Assembly (NCBI GenBank): GCA_044892505.1
Contig: CM097883.1
Coordinates: forward strand, 436,914,001-436,978,000
Source: Schmidtea nova
Taxonomy: Eukaryota
Reading direction: 5' to 3'
DNA: 64,000 nt
Shown here: one piece after another, positions 48,183-61,442 of the stretch
How the letters are laid out: every line of letters starts with the position of its first letter
How positions within the stretch are numbered: the first letter of the stretch is position 1
The notes under the pieces: generated by a model
What the model was told of the DNA's origin: nothing
The model's input: only the letters and a program-made list of their open reading frames with translations
Database searches by the model: none
Made by a program: the position numbers and the translations under genes

Positions 48183-49448
48183 CACGGTAAGGCTAAAAAG
48201 TCCTTAGACTCGCATGGAAATAGTGACGTTAGAACATAGTTCTTTTATATTTGAAATAAGACACATACAAAGATTATAAATCTATAGTTTGCCTTAATGT
48301 ATTAATATTTAATTTCAGTCTCGACGATTTTTTAAAAAATGTTTGATGCAGTGGAATTTTAAGTGTAATTCGGTTTTTATTTTTAAAGAAGTTAGAAAAG
48401 AAATAAATTATGCAACAGATTGAAGATGCATATGGAGGAGAGGCTCTTTCAATAGCAACAATATTTAACTTGATTGGGGAGTTTTTTAGTCCAGAGAACA
48501 AGGGATTTTGACAGTCAAAGAAGTTGAAGACTTGTAGAGATTGATGGAGAAAATATTGCAAAATTGAAGGAAATTGTTGCTAAGAATAGGAAAATCACAC
48601 AAATGGAGTTGTCTGTAAAACTAATGTTTGCAAGAGAGCAGTCAAGTGTATGTTGGATCAATTGGGAATCAGGAAATTATTTAGCAGGTTCTTTCAATGG
48701 TATTTAATGATCAAGAGGATGAATAGACGAAACGTTGCTTGTGAAAATAATCTTTTCCTTTTGGATCGCATTTGACCAAGCTTTCTGACAATATATAATG
48801 ACAAAGGATGAGATACATTTGAGCCTCTACATATCCAACTCTAGATGAGAATATCAAGTGGGTATTAGCTGGAGAGAATTCACTAAAAGTCTTTCGTTCA
48901 AACGCCTCACATCATAAATGCGTGATGTTGAGTAAACTTTAGAATGTTAAGAGTCTTGAAGGTCAATTTTTCTAATGGCAACATCAACTCAGAGTACTAC
49001 ACCACTTTGATCAATAAAGTCAGAGCCATACGATGCAAGGCACAAAACCAGGACCTTTATTTGATCCATGACAACGCTCCAATCCACACATTTTATCGAA
49101 CACAGGAACAGTAGCAAAATGTGGGTTTGTGCAATTGAACCATTTACCAAATAGCAGGATCTTGCACTTAGTAATATTTGGTTGTTCAATCACCTGACAA
49201 AATATTTGAACCAAAGCATAATTTGAAGGACAATATGGAGAAGGTTTTTGCAGAGAAGGGGAGAAAATTCTTCGAAGTGTGTCTCAAATCAATGGTAGAT
49301 GATGAAGAGTTGGAGAAAGTTCATCAGTGTTGATGAAGGCTATGTAGAGAAATAAATCTTAAATATCTATCTTGTTGATAATAGTACATTTGGTTCAACT
49401 AACTTTATTATTTATTTGCGAATCTAAGGGCATTTTTACCTTACCTCG
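48183..49448 (+). mobile_element. Decayed mariner element (1266 bp)
   Basis: TA-flanked imperfect TIRs (cacggtaaggctaaaaagtccttagactcgca vs the reverse complement of the right end). Relics YGGEALSIATIF, HDNAPIH and PNS.DLA.S..WLF. Confidence 0.85.
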
Positions 49449-49653
49449 TATGTAATAACTATTGTATTTTGTTATAACAATTAATCAAACTGTTGACTTG
49501 TATTTATAATCCTGCGTTTATTTATGTCTTTGACAGAAGTGTTGATCTTTTAAAGGTTACAAACATAATTTAGGTCATTATAGTTTACGTTAGAACTTTG
49601 ATTTTAAAAATGTGCGTAATTTTATTGAATTGAATTTAAAAAGATATTTTAAG

Positions 49654-49953
49654 ATGCCGGATTGTTCATTGTTGGTTCTTCAATGAATGGATTTGGAAAT
49701 GATCACAGTGATATGGATCTTTGTTTAACAATTACCAGTAAAGAATTACATCAAAAGAAAGAGGCATTTGTAGTACTTAATCAATTAGTTGAGCCATTGA
49801 GAAAATGTTCTTTCATCAAAAATCTGCAGCTCATCCGTGCGACGGTTCCAATATTGAAGTTTCGTGATGCTTTAGCTAGTGTTGATTGTGATTTAAATAT
49901 AAATAATGTTGTTGGCATTTATAATACACATCTTTTAGCCATGTATAATAGAA
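49654..49953 (+). CDS. gld-2: gld-2 exon: nucleotidyltransferase catalytic motifs
   Basis: ttttaag|at... gives VFE-N-AGLFIVGSSMNGFGNDHSDMDLCL...VPILKF...DCDLNINN. The D-x-D motif and third Asp are intact. Donor is a|gtaag. Confidence 0.95.
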
Positions 49954-49970
49954 GTAAGATATTTTTGTTG

Positions 49971-49971
<1 letters not shown>

Positions 49972-50043
<72 letters not shown>
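49972..50043. repeat. (TA)n microsatellite just inside the gld-2 intron
   Basis: Direct reading. Confidence 0.95.
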
Positions 50044-50046
<3 letters not shown>

Positions 50047-50086
50047 GTTTTGTCGATTACAATAGATAAATAAGTTAGCTAAATTA

Positions 50087-50423
50087 TAGGGGGTTCCAAA
50101 AATAATTTCGCATTTATTGATCTTTGTTATAGAATAATAGCCTGGAATTGGAAGCAATTTAGATTTATGGAAATTATTGAAAATTTAAAAAAATTCAAAC
50201 ATATTATCGATTTTCATTTTTTCCCTCTTATTTTCGCAAAGTAATTTTACGAGTAGTAAATCTGATTCATTTGAGTGGTGAGAAGGTTCTGGAAAACTGC
50301 GAACATCTAAATAATCATTCCACGTTTATTTGTTTTTATTGAAAACTTGGCACATACATGAAATTATTTTTTAATCTTTTGGAATAAAAATCAAGAAAAG
50401 CTAAACTTTTTTGAAACACCCTG
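50087..50423. mobile_element. Tc1/mariner-type MITE
   Basis: TA|tagggggttccaaaaa...ttttttgaaacaccctg|TA, imperfect TIR. Confidence 0.6.
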
Positions 50424-50512
50424 TATTTATTTAACATTCAGTTTATAAGGGAAATATTTTCATGGTAAAATCGTGTAAAAATACATTTTGCACCTATTAA
50501 AAAGGTTAATAT

Positions 50513-50629
50513 GTTTGAATTTATTTCTTTTCTGATATCATCATCACCTTTCATAATACTGTTATAAGAGGCTTCATGCATACCGCCAGATTCCATACTC
50601 AGGAAAGCCGTTTGAAGTGTAGATTCAGG
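50513..50629 (-). pseudogene. Actin fragment (about 39 codons)
   Basis: [39 protein letters not shown] compared with actin [39 protein letters not shown]. Confidence 0.85.
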
Positions 50630-50696
50630 ATCGAATTTGACATTTGTTGAATCCAAGTTAATTGTAAGTGATCGTCAAATTTTAGGTATTTTACAC

Positions 50697-50896
50697 TAGT
50701 GCTATTCTTCATGAAGCGTCGTAATAAGTACTGTTTAGTAACATGTGATGATATTGAATTGATCGTGATTTTGTAATATGTAGCCATTTGTGGTAGTCAA
50801 TAATGGTTTATATTGTCTAATTTTTTATTGTGTGGTCAAACAATGCACGCTTGGATTCAGAGAATTAATTAGTAAATTTATATGTCACCAACCCAA
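50697..50896 (-). repeat. Dispersed repeat 'R', copy 2
   Basis: Reverse complement aligns with 15996-16173, including the terminal gaatagcacta. Confidence 0.7.
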
Positions 50897-51862
50897 CATT
50901 TTCTTCTGCTATACTACTGCTATTCACCTTACTTCAGTAAAACACATTGCTTGAAAACAGCACAAATCCTTCGTTTTGATAAACAAATGATTTTTAAAAT
51001 AGCTCAAGTCACTTTACCTTAATGAAAAATACCAGTACGTTACTGTAATAGCCAAAGATTCTTAATCTTTTATGGGATTTCAAGTTTTGTTTTGCGGATT
51101 TAAACAATTTTCACTAACTGCCGAATTTAAATACTTCCTATTCCGTGTGCAACAACAATAATTGGGTTATTTCTTTCAATAACTGTTCTTCTGGAGCTAA
51201 TATCGTTATATAATTCTTGACAGTCGCCTTATTTTCTTGAGTGTTGCAAGAAACTGCCTAATGCTACTTTTGAAATTAAATTTAAATATAAGCAATAACT
51301 GAGTTATACGAAGATGAAAGAAACTGCGAAAAGATATAAATTTTCAAAATCATTATATAAAAATATTTTGTTTCATATTTTGTTGTTGAAAAATTTAACA
51401 GTACAAACTACAGTAGTATAAAATGTATAATGTGATCCACCTTTGGAAACCTGAGAAGAAAAGGAACCGAATAATGGTGACAGACTATTATTGGTATGTA
51501 AAATTCATGCTTGTTGTTATAGAAATATAAATTTAAAATTATGAAAAGTTGAGTGTTTTTGCAACACAAAATTTTGGTACTGACTTTTTTAAAGTGTTGA
51601 AAAAGGCAATGTCAAAATATTATGTCGAATAGAAAAATATTTGCTGTTGTAAAAAATGAAAATAAAAAGATCGTAAAAAAATCAAAAGCGAGGAAGATTA
51701 ATGATTTTAATGATATAAAAATGAAGTTTTGTGTTTTTTTACTCCGAATAGATAAATCTAAAGATTGAAATACAACTTAAATTAGAAGTTTAGTTAATTA
51801 TTTATCTTTATATGCATTTATTATTAATTTTTATTGTTTCTAATGTATTTCAACTTTGTTAG

Positions 51863-52300
51863 TTGACTGGAGAGTTAGGCCTCTTGGTATGTATATTAAG
51901 CACTGGGCTCAAAAACTCGATTTACATGATGCGAGCAGAGGACGATTGTCCACTTACACGCTTATACTAATGATTATTCAGTATTTACAAGCTGGTTGTC
52001 AACCACCTGTGCTTCCTAGTTTGCAATCAAAATTTCAGAAACATTTTAGCTATGATCGGCAAGTAAAAGAAGTTGATATGAGATTAGAGTTGCCGTGGGA
52101 AGATTTAAGGTCAACTAATACAATGAGATTATCCGATCTTTTGTTGGGGTTTTTTGAGTATTACGTAGAAAAGTTTGATTTCTCAAGAATGGTAGTTTCC
52201 GTTCGCACCGGTAAGCCATTACCAATTGAAACCGCTATAAAGCAATTACCTCCGCATGAACAATTGCACAATGTCAAATCATTTAAGATGTTTGTTGAAG
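51863..52300 (+). CDS. gld-2: gld-2 exon: central/PAP-associated domain
   Basis: ttag|tt...IDWRVRPL..IKHWAQ...LSTYTLILMIIQYLQ...LLGFFEYY...FVE-g|gt; phases 1/1. Confidence 0.95.
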
Positions 52301-53780
52301 GTATAATGCATTTAGTTTTTTATTAATCATTTATTAAATTTGTATTACATAATTCTAATATTTCATAAATGATAATTAAACATTCCACACATTTCAAATG
52401 TCAGAAATTTTCATTCTTTTTTATTAAGACATTAGATCAAAATAAAATTATATAGGTCTATATAAAAATAATGAAAATATCTGAAATAGAAACGAAAAGA
52501 TCAAAAGTGAAGATAAGAAATGTTAATGACATTTCTAAATGTGTTTTACAAATTTTTATTCAAAGTTTTTCATTTTGTCCGTCCTCATAGTGTAACACTG
52601 TTAAATTTTTCATAGCTGCTCAGAATAGGAAACGAAGCGATGAAAGCATTTCACTATGATTTTAAACTTTAATTTATTTATTATGTTGTAATTTATTTAT
52701 ATTTTAATAACAAAATTAGCAACTAAGTATTAAATCATATATTAATTTGACATTGACTAATCTATATGTAATCGGAGGAACCGTATCTTTTGTGGCTTCT
52801 CCTTGAATATCATTAACATTCATTGGAGCAGTTTTAACCACATCTTAGCTTAACAGGCTAAAATAATTTTATTAAATAAAATTTGTTTATTCAAAATATG
52901 GTATGTCCTGTGGGGGAATAAATAGGGTATATTGTGTCAGAGGGTAGGAGGGTATAGAAATGTCCTTAATTGAAGCTCTCTATTTCTATTTTAACTTTTT
53001 CAAACTTCTTATAATTTTTCAATAAGTGCTTATGTGGTATATTCTTTCGTGGTTGACCATTTATTATTAAGTTTATGTGGAATACAGAGGTTTCTTAAGT
53101 ACTTTTTACTTTTTTGAATAAGACAATTCCGAATAAGGAAATTTAGTTTGAAAAACTGATTAATCCTTAAATGCATTCTGTTGCATATCTGAAACAATTT
53201 ATTTAAGCGCTTATAACTCAGTATACATGCAATAAATGAGCTCCAATGCATAGTGTTGCGTAAGTGTACCAATACGCCGAGCCATCGTGTTTTTAAATTA
53301 TTCGAGTAGATGTCTCTGTACGCATGAAATTTTAGTATAAAAATATTTTTACTTTTGAATTTGGAAAAATCATGCATATTTATATGTGATGATTTTATGT
53401 ACATTCATTATATACAATATCCATGAAAGTCATCCACATCGAACTTGCCTTCATTGAATTGAGGCACCCATTGAAAGTAGAAACGTTCACTAATAGTGTT
53501 GTTGCCCATTTCGGAGTTCATATCTGTAACCATCTCAAGATATGGCAAATATCGTTTCCAATAGTAATAAATCAAATTTCATAGGTAACATTAACTGAAA
53601 ACATGTTTGTGTAAATGAAATAATTGTTAAAAACAAACAAGACGATAACAATTTACAATTAATTCTAAGTTCTCTAAGATCAAAGGAGTTTCAATAGCAT
53701 TTTTGACAAATATCTATCGACCTTTAGGTAACCTATTTATAAATGATCATGAGAATTGATACATGCCTTAATTAATGTTT

Positions 53781-54862
53781 CAGGCAGCCCTTGAATAACA
53801 CGGCACTCGGATTACATGAAAATTGCGGCAATCCTCAAATAACACGGTGGCAAATTTTGGGAAATTTCCAAATAGTATAGTTAACATAGCAATACTGTAT
53901 AACTTTTTATTATAGGTATTGATTTTTCTATGATTGGCACAACCAAAATTAATCCTATTGACACAATTTAATTATAGGATTCTTGAAGTTTTATAACTTA
54001 TCAAACCACTTTTATTAGAAAAACCTTAAAGAAAAATTTTAAAGACACCAATGAACTAATGATTGTAGTTCAATTATTTTCATACTAATTGTTCTAAGAC
54101 TAGATGAAAAATTTATTTTTATTATGTACACTTTATTTTGACACAGCCTTTATTAAGTGTGAAAGATGTTCCGAAATATTGTGTGCCTAATAAAAAAAAA
54201 TTCATCTATAGCACAGTTCTCAGAGTTTTTAAAATTTCCTGTAATTGTTCAATAGCTCGAAATCCCCTTTAATAAAAAAAGAAAAGTGTTGTGAATAATC
54301 TTAAAAAATTTAATATGAAAATTATAGAATTAAAAAATATATCAAAGGTGAAACCAAAAGGTAATGATGAAAGAATTATAATGTATTTTTATTGATTACA
54401 AACTTCTCCTAATTCGAAGAAAGATAATTCGATCTTTAAACAGTGATTAAAAATGAAAAATAAAATTTATTTCAATAATTTTCATAATTGTATCACTATA
54501 GATCAAAAGAATTTTTTCTTTTTTTGGTTGTTAAGTACATGATATTTCATCACAGTCTTTATTAAGTTGTATAAAAAGAGATCAAAGGTGAAACCAAAAG
54601 ATAATTATGATAGAAAAAATAAAATGTTACATTTATAAGAATTTTTGAAGAATTTGTATTAATTCTTAATTTCTATTCTCTTATGAATTTTTTATGTTAA
54701 TTTTGTGTTTAATTCTGTTTACTATGAATTTTTAATGTTTTGAGATTTAGCAAAATAAAAAAGTACACTTTTTGCTCATAATTATTTTCTTTAAAATACT
54801 TTTGGAACAAATTCCAAGTCTCAAATACTTCGTAACCAATAGTGTTATTCGAGGGCTGTCAT
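53781..54862. mobile_element. pogo/Tigger-like non-autonomous element containing nested MITE relics
   Basis: caggcagcccttgaataacac ... gtgttattcgagggctgtc imperfect TIRs. Confidence 0.6.
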
Positions 54863-56019
54863 GGTGTGATTGGACAAGCATGATTCTTTGAATTACTAAA
54901 ATCAGAGACTGTTTTTTAATTTAATTGTTCGTTTCGTATCATTGGTTACGAATCAACACAGATTTACTTGTCTTTTAAATCAAACATTAATTATTGGTCT
55001 CCAAACGATAATAAATATAAACAAAATGTGTTGCATGTAAATAAGAAAGATATGTTTTAAACTAAATATTTATTAAATATAATAATTAATGATAACAATC
55101 AAGTTTACTTTTCCCAAAATACAAAATAGTTAAAACTGCGGCTGTATAACTCAAGTAAGATATCGTTTGAAACCGTCCTTAGATATTTCTAAGTGCGAAA
55201 GCCGGACCTAATTGTCTCAACAGCTCCGACTAGGTAAAAAGGTAAACAGAAAAGAAGAGATTCCCTTGATTTCCCATAAATTGGTCGATACTTTATTCTA
55301 GATTTACCCTTCTGAAAGTTTAAACCAAAGTAGCAAAATAGTATCTAAAAATACAATACTCATGATATGGGTTAATGATGGAAAAATTAATTAGAAAAAA
55401 TTACCCATGTCTCCTCCTGATCAATATTTCAAAATGGTTTTCGCTCTACTAATTTATTTCTCACTTTTAATAATTTTTGTCTGTCTCTTACTGATTTACT
55501 ATCAGTATTTATAGTTATTATAATGCTCGTGGTACCATGCTACTTTTATGGTACCACTCTATATTTTCTTTCTTTAAATTTGTTATGGTGGTCATCCACC
55601 CAGCTATTATATATTATTTATAATTTATTATCAAAAATATAAATTATTTATTACTTTTATTATTGTATTTATATTTATAACTATTATTTATTACTATATT
55701 TATTTATGTACCTATTAATTAATACTAATTATTATAATCTATTTAAATAAAATCTAGATTTTCCGAATCTTTCAACCTCGAACCCTAACATAATTGTGTA
55801 TTTTAAAAATCTCGTAGCTTGCATAGGATTTCTAAAGGGTGACTTGAAAGAAAAATTTGCGTTCAGGTTTAAGTAAAAAGTAAAATTTCCTTTAATATGA
55901 AACCCCCAATGACATTTTTAGAAAATGATATGACTCGGGTTGGGATCATTGCAATAAAATGAATATCTTATAAATTTATATTATGTAAAATTTCAATTTT
56001 TCAATTTATTATCTATCAG

Positions 56020-56429
56020 AACCATTTTCGTTGACAAATGTTGCCAGAAGTCTGTTCGATGAACTTGTGTTTTCAAGAATCAAACGCTGTTTTCGTCATT
56101 CATTACAGGTGATGAGAATGAAAAAATCTCTAAAATGCATTTTTTCATTGCCTACCCTGTCAAATTCTAGCAGTTTTTTGTCTAATTCAGACAATCCAGA
56201 TCAGGCCCGGTCCATTATTAATACCAGTCCAACAACGTCAAATTCTACACAAGATGACAATTCCAAAATTGCTCCGATTTCCGATAACATCGAAAATGAT
56301 ATTTCTGAAAGATCAGATTTCAAAGAAGACGGATTCCTAAGTGATGATAACAAGTCGTTGGAGAAAAATTCTGTCACTCAGTGCGACTTTGATGATGACG
56401 ACGTCAGTATTTCCGGAATTATAAGTTGA
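56020..56429 (+). CDS. gld-2: gld-2 last coding exon
   Basis: tcag|aa gives E-EPFSLTNVARS (the conserved EEPF...N.ARS motif), then an S/D-rich tail ending in TGA. Confidence 0.93.
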
Positions 56430-57971
56430 AATTTTAGATTTTCTCATTATTAAATTGTATATTTTGTATAATTAATTGGAAAAAAATGAACTCGACCTAG
56501 CTTAAAATGTGTTTTGACAGTTACCTTCATTTTTCTTTAACTAAACTCGAAAGCCTTAAAAATGTCTATCATGAATTGAAATGAAATACCAGTAAAGAAA
56601 TACGAATAAATTTTATACATAAAATATATATTTATATATATTTATATATAAATAAGATTAACTAAAAATTCTCGACATTTATGACAGTGGTTTTGTGCTG
56701 GAATTGGGAGGGTGTGTGTGTGTGAATGTGAATGTGCGTGTGTGTCTGTGTCTCTCTAGTTGTGTTGTAATTGTTGGATAATATGAAATTTAAAAATGTT
56801 ATAAAACTATCTTGAAAAATGAATAAAAATGTAATTTTGTAGATGGTTAAAATGAGAAAAGTGTGAAAATGATAGATAGTGGGAAGTTATTAATTTTTTT
56901 TTTTTTGATTTTAATGATATTATTTTTTGATTTATGAATTTAATTGAATAAATTATGAAAAAGTTAGTAACAAAAGTTTATTTTCTAAATTCCAAAAGAA
57001 TATTTTTTCGGTATTTTATATGAATGATAACAAGTATATGCATATATTATCGACATTTATTTTCGTGTTAAAAACTAAAACAAAAAACGACTAATTTTCA
57101 ATCTTGTTCGTTTGCTTTAATTTTTGTGTATGAGTTCGATTCTAACTAAAAAATGTAAATAAGTATGTTATATTGAATAAGATAATAATAATATTAATAA
57201 TAATAATAATAATAAATTGAAATGACATTTATTGCAATAAAAATTCAACTGGTGGAAGAGTTATTGAATGAAAACAAGTGAAGGGTATAGTGAAAATTTT
57301 ATTACGTGGAAAATTGGATTATAAATATAAATAACATTTACATTTATGCAAGTGTTTCTGGTTCTATTGTGATATTTACGGTTTGATTATGTGGATAGCT
57401 AGTTGTGCTTTGATTTGTTTTATTGTCGGTGAGGCGTGCTCATTTATGCAAGTGTTATAATTTTCAGATCTATTTATTTTTATCACTTCATTTATATATT
57501 TTATTTCTTGGATTATTAAATTTGGTTTTTATTTGATAGTAACATTTGTCAAGGTGTCTGTATGTGTGCGGGGTTGGGGGTGAAAATGTGAATAGTGATC
57601 ATTATTATTAAATGACAACCTGGCTAAATAATATGCTGATTAACTGACTTGCGGAGTTGTCGGAAATGATTTCAGATGTTACTTTGTAGTCCATTTGTTA
57701 TTTTTAAAAATTTTTAAATTCGGTTTATTCGTGATTTATGATTTAATTATATTATCTTTAATATATCGTTTACTGATTTATTTTTGCTTTTTTTATTTTA
57801 ACAAGTAAAATGGTGAATCGAAAAAATATATTAAAGTTTGTTTTTATTTAATCTAAAAACAAATTGAGGTTTTATTTTTTTGAGGTAAATGATTTATTTT
57901 TTGAAATAATTTAATGATTATATTTGGTAATATTTTTTCAGTTTTAATTAATTTAATTGCTTATATATATA

Positions 57972-58090
57972 TAGTTGGGCAAAAATTAATTATTAACAAG
58001 GTAGCGGGTGTAAAACAGAGCATATAGTGAAAACTCATGAAGTATACTCAAATAAATGAGCAAAACATCAATTAATCAAAAATAATCAAC
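57972..58090 (+). repeat. LTR-like repeat terminus (GTTGGGCAAAAA family)
   Basis: Similar to the reverse complement of 12700-12810. Confidence 0.4.
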
Positions 58091-58503
58091 AACATACAGG
58101 AAGGAATTTGTAAAAATAAATATAAACTGAACAAGTTGCATGAAGTAAGCACAAGAAAACATAAAACAAAACAATTAAATAAAAAGTCCCAAAAAATTAG
58201 GTAATTATGAAAAAGTCAAAAATTTTATAAAAAATTTTCTTAATTTTAATATAAGAAATACAAAAAAATATTAAAATTAAAGTAGTTAAAATAGGTAAAA
58301 AATAAAATTTGTTAAAATAATAGCTTAAGATTTAGATGCAAATAAAAATTTATTTTGTTCAAAATTGCAATATTTAAAAAAAGTAAATGAAAAGAAAAGT
58401 TGCGAAACGTTTGTGTTAATCTATCAAAAAATATAATGATCTGAAAATGGTACAATTTTGATACTTTCAGCGCTCTCGTAAACAGTAAATAGATGAAACA
58501 CCT

Positions 58504-60413
58504 CACATTGTACCGGAAGGGCCATCTAAACTTTTAAAAAACTACCCCTAAATGGATTGCGTTTTTTAATAGTACTATAGGCACAGATGTTGAAACAGTA
58601 TATCTACAAAATCCTGATTGAGCTATTAACGAGCAATTGACGAAAATCTGTAAAATGAGATTGAAGCAAAACTATTTAAACCGTACGCACATTTTTTTCA
58701 CATGAAAACATGAGAACAATGACATGAGCCATCGATGTAATATGTACACTTTATTGTTGAGTTGTCAGATGCACAGTTCGTTAAACACAACGGCTTTTTC
58801 AATAAGTTTCTTTGACGGATTAGTGATGGGTTTTTTGGTGGTTTCAGCATTGCTAATGTTTAGACAGAATTTTAAAAAATCTCCACCTGTATCAATTCCA
58901 ATCTTGATGGAAACATTTTCTTTATCCAAATTTGTCTTCTCACAGACTAGGTCTATCAGTCCGACAACATCATTACAGTAAACAACTGTACAGGATGCAG
59001 TCGCATCAACTCCTTTGTTGGTAGAGGTGCATTCAAAATCGTGGCTAAGGCAATCAAAATATTCAGCGCATGTTTTGTCACGTCGTTGAAGTTGTTTTCC
59101 AATGAATGATTCTACTGAAGTTTGGCCAAACATGCTACTAACAAAGGGTATAATTTTACGTTTCATATCATTGTTAGACGCTGAAAATACATTTTGAAGT
59201 TTCGTAACACCATCTACACTAACTTGCACAATGGACGGACTTTCTTTAGAGCCAACTTGAACTTGCAGAGGGTATGAACCACCGGAATAAAACTCCTTGG
59301 TTGACACTTTGTATCCTTCAGTCGATCGTTTTATCATTGAAGTAGCAACCAATTCTTCCGTTCTTCTATCTGTAGATACACACAATTCTACAATGTTCTT
59401 TCGTAAAGCCTGTACCGTACACTTGTGACGAATGCCCCTCCCATAACGAGTCTGACATGCACTGCACACAGTCATGATTTTTTCCGGTGGGCCACAGGCT
59501 ATACTTTCGTCTTTTCGTGGGCGACCCTTTTTTGCCTTTGACATTGATTTCCCAGATTGCCTTGCTATTTTGCAAATTTGACACTCGCAAACTGGAATCG
59601 GGTTTGAGCAAGTTGCTGTAGTATATGGCGCTATCACACGGAAATCAAAAGGTGTCGGTATTGCGCTGGTAGAATTCTTTCCGTCACTAATGTCTAGCAA
59701 ATTAGAACGACACCTGCTGCACATTCCACATGGTAAATTTTTGTTTGTCATCTCGTAAGTTGGCATAAAGTAACGACGAATTCTTGCTAACACGACATCT
59801 GTGATATTACAGTTTGATTTGTTGAAGCAAATAAGGCATACTTTCTTCCTGTTTTCTTCACGATTCAATACATGGGTTTCATGAAGTGGCATCTGAAAAG
59901 AAAATTTTAAACGTTAGCGTTTCATTTTTAGAATACTAAACATGAATATCATATTTGAAAAAACATTGCACTAATAAAGTAACTTTTACAAAATACATAC
60001 TTTAAAAATAAAATAAAATATGACACTCAATCTTACCACCGTATTTTTGTAATAATGACTTGTAGATCACACCACCGCTCAAACTTGAACTTTAAAACAA
60101 ACGAATAGTTTACTACTTAATACCCAATAATATTATTATATTCTGACATTGAAACATATTAAATAATGTGTCGCCGTCTAAAACTATAGAAAATTATTTT
60201 CATTACTCTGTAATATATGCATATATATAGAACTGTCATTGTATAACTTATATTAACTTAAAACTATAACGTTCTATGCTTTACTCCTAAATAGCTCAAT
60301 CAGGATTTTGTAGATATACTGTTTCAACATCTGTGCCTATAGTACTATTAAAAAACGCAATCCTTTTAGGGGTCGTTTTTTTAAAATTTAGATGGCCCTT
60401 CCGGCACAGTGTG
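58504..60413 (-). mobile_element. Chapaev-type DNA transposon, internally deleted (1910 bp)
   Basis: About 115-bp TIRs with CAC...GTG termini; 4-bp TSD acct. Confidence 0.88.
58765..59892 (-). CDS. Chapaev transposase N-terminal part (Chapa-type zinc motifs, AT-hook, first catalytic Asp region), C-terminally truncated
   Basis: H...VCLIC...LPCGMCSRC...CECQIC; KKGRPRK; KIGIDTGGDFLKFCLNI. An acceptor ttttcag lies directly before the ATG (putative 5'UTR intron 59893-60036). Confidence 0.75.
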   Translation of the reverse strand: MPLHETHVLNREENRKKVCLICFNKSNCNITDVVLARIRRYFMPTYEMTNKNLPCGMCSRCRSNLLDISDGKNSTSAIPTPFDFRVIAPYTTATCSNPIPVCECQICKIARQSGKSMSKAKKGRPRKDESIACGPPEKIMTVCSACQTRYGRGIRHKCTVQALRKNIVELCVSTDRRTEELVATSMIKRSTEGYKVSTKEFYSGGSYPLQVQVGSKESPSIVQVSVDGVTKLQNVFSASNNDMKRKIIPFVSSMFGQTSVESFIGKQLQRRDKTCAEYFDCLSHDFECTSTNKGVDATASCTVVYCNDVVGLIDLVCEKTNLDKENVSIKIGIDTGGDFLKFCLNISNAETTKKPITNPSKKLIEKAVVFNELCI

Positions 60414-61442
60414 ACCTTGATGCCTAAAATTTTATGATTTTTTGGAAGAGACAGCTCCACCCTCGGAATCACATAATGTCGGTTTGGAAGCTTTTCTCGG
60501 CTCATCGAGTTTTTTTTCAACCCTGTCATGTTTGGATATTTATGTTTAATTATTGGTCAAATACATTATGTTCAATCCACAGATTCTCAGTATTATTAAA
60601 CTTTAAATGCACGCATTAAATGATTCTTTTTTGTTTTCTCTTGATCTTTCCGAGCTGTAATCTTGATGTGGCATTCCCAGCTTGTTACAGTGCAGGTATT
60701 CAGTAAGAGCTAACGTGTGAGGAGTGGATTCTCTTATAATGACCAACCCAATAATGTTATTGCCACCCCCAATCTGAGCCTCATACTCTTCGCAGATGAG
60801 AGAGAATGGCTGAATGAAGATCCGCAAGATTTTTATACTAATCTTATCTTTAAAATATATTTATGTAATTTTGTCGTTTCATTTTTTTTCAAAATAATAA
60901 CTTCTTTAAGTAACAACTACAATTTGCTACGCATTAAACAGTGAAAGGTATCATTAAATAAGAAAAGAACAGAGAAATAAAAATGTTCTTACGAGTATTC
61001 ATAAGATTTAAATGTGGAATCTGATCAAATTCTAAGAAATAGTCAAGAAAACATGTTGATAAATTTTTTTAATTAATTAGTATCGTATGTAGATTTAGTA
61101 CGACAAGGTCACAAAACAATGCGTTAATATATAGTTAAAAGGCTAATTCAACCAGTATCTTTAGGAGATAACAGGATCATCCAATTTTAAATTTTATGCA
61201 TTTAAAAATCATATAAAAGGAACAAGACTAGCAATGGGTAAATATGTTTATTAAAATAACACTTACAGGCAAAATCAATGCATAAATTCTTCATCAAAGA
61301 GATAAAATAAACCGATAGGTAAATCCCGGACAAAAATGACGGAAATTGATGGCTTCGAAAATGAAATCTAAAAAATCAAAGTTATTGAAAAATCACAAAT
61401 ATTCTTTAGAAATTTAACTCACTCAGCCATGAAGTTCTATAT

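Noticed and set aside
53400-53560. Possible second actin fragment (YELRNGQQ/TISERF)
   Set aside because: The similarity needs a frameshift and covers about 15 residues. A different open frame (WKRYLPYLEMV...YFQWVPQF) runs through the same bases. Identity unresolved, so it is not called.
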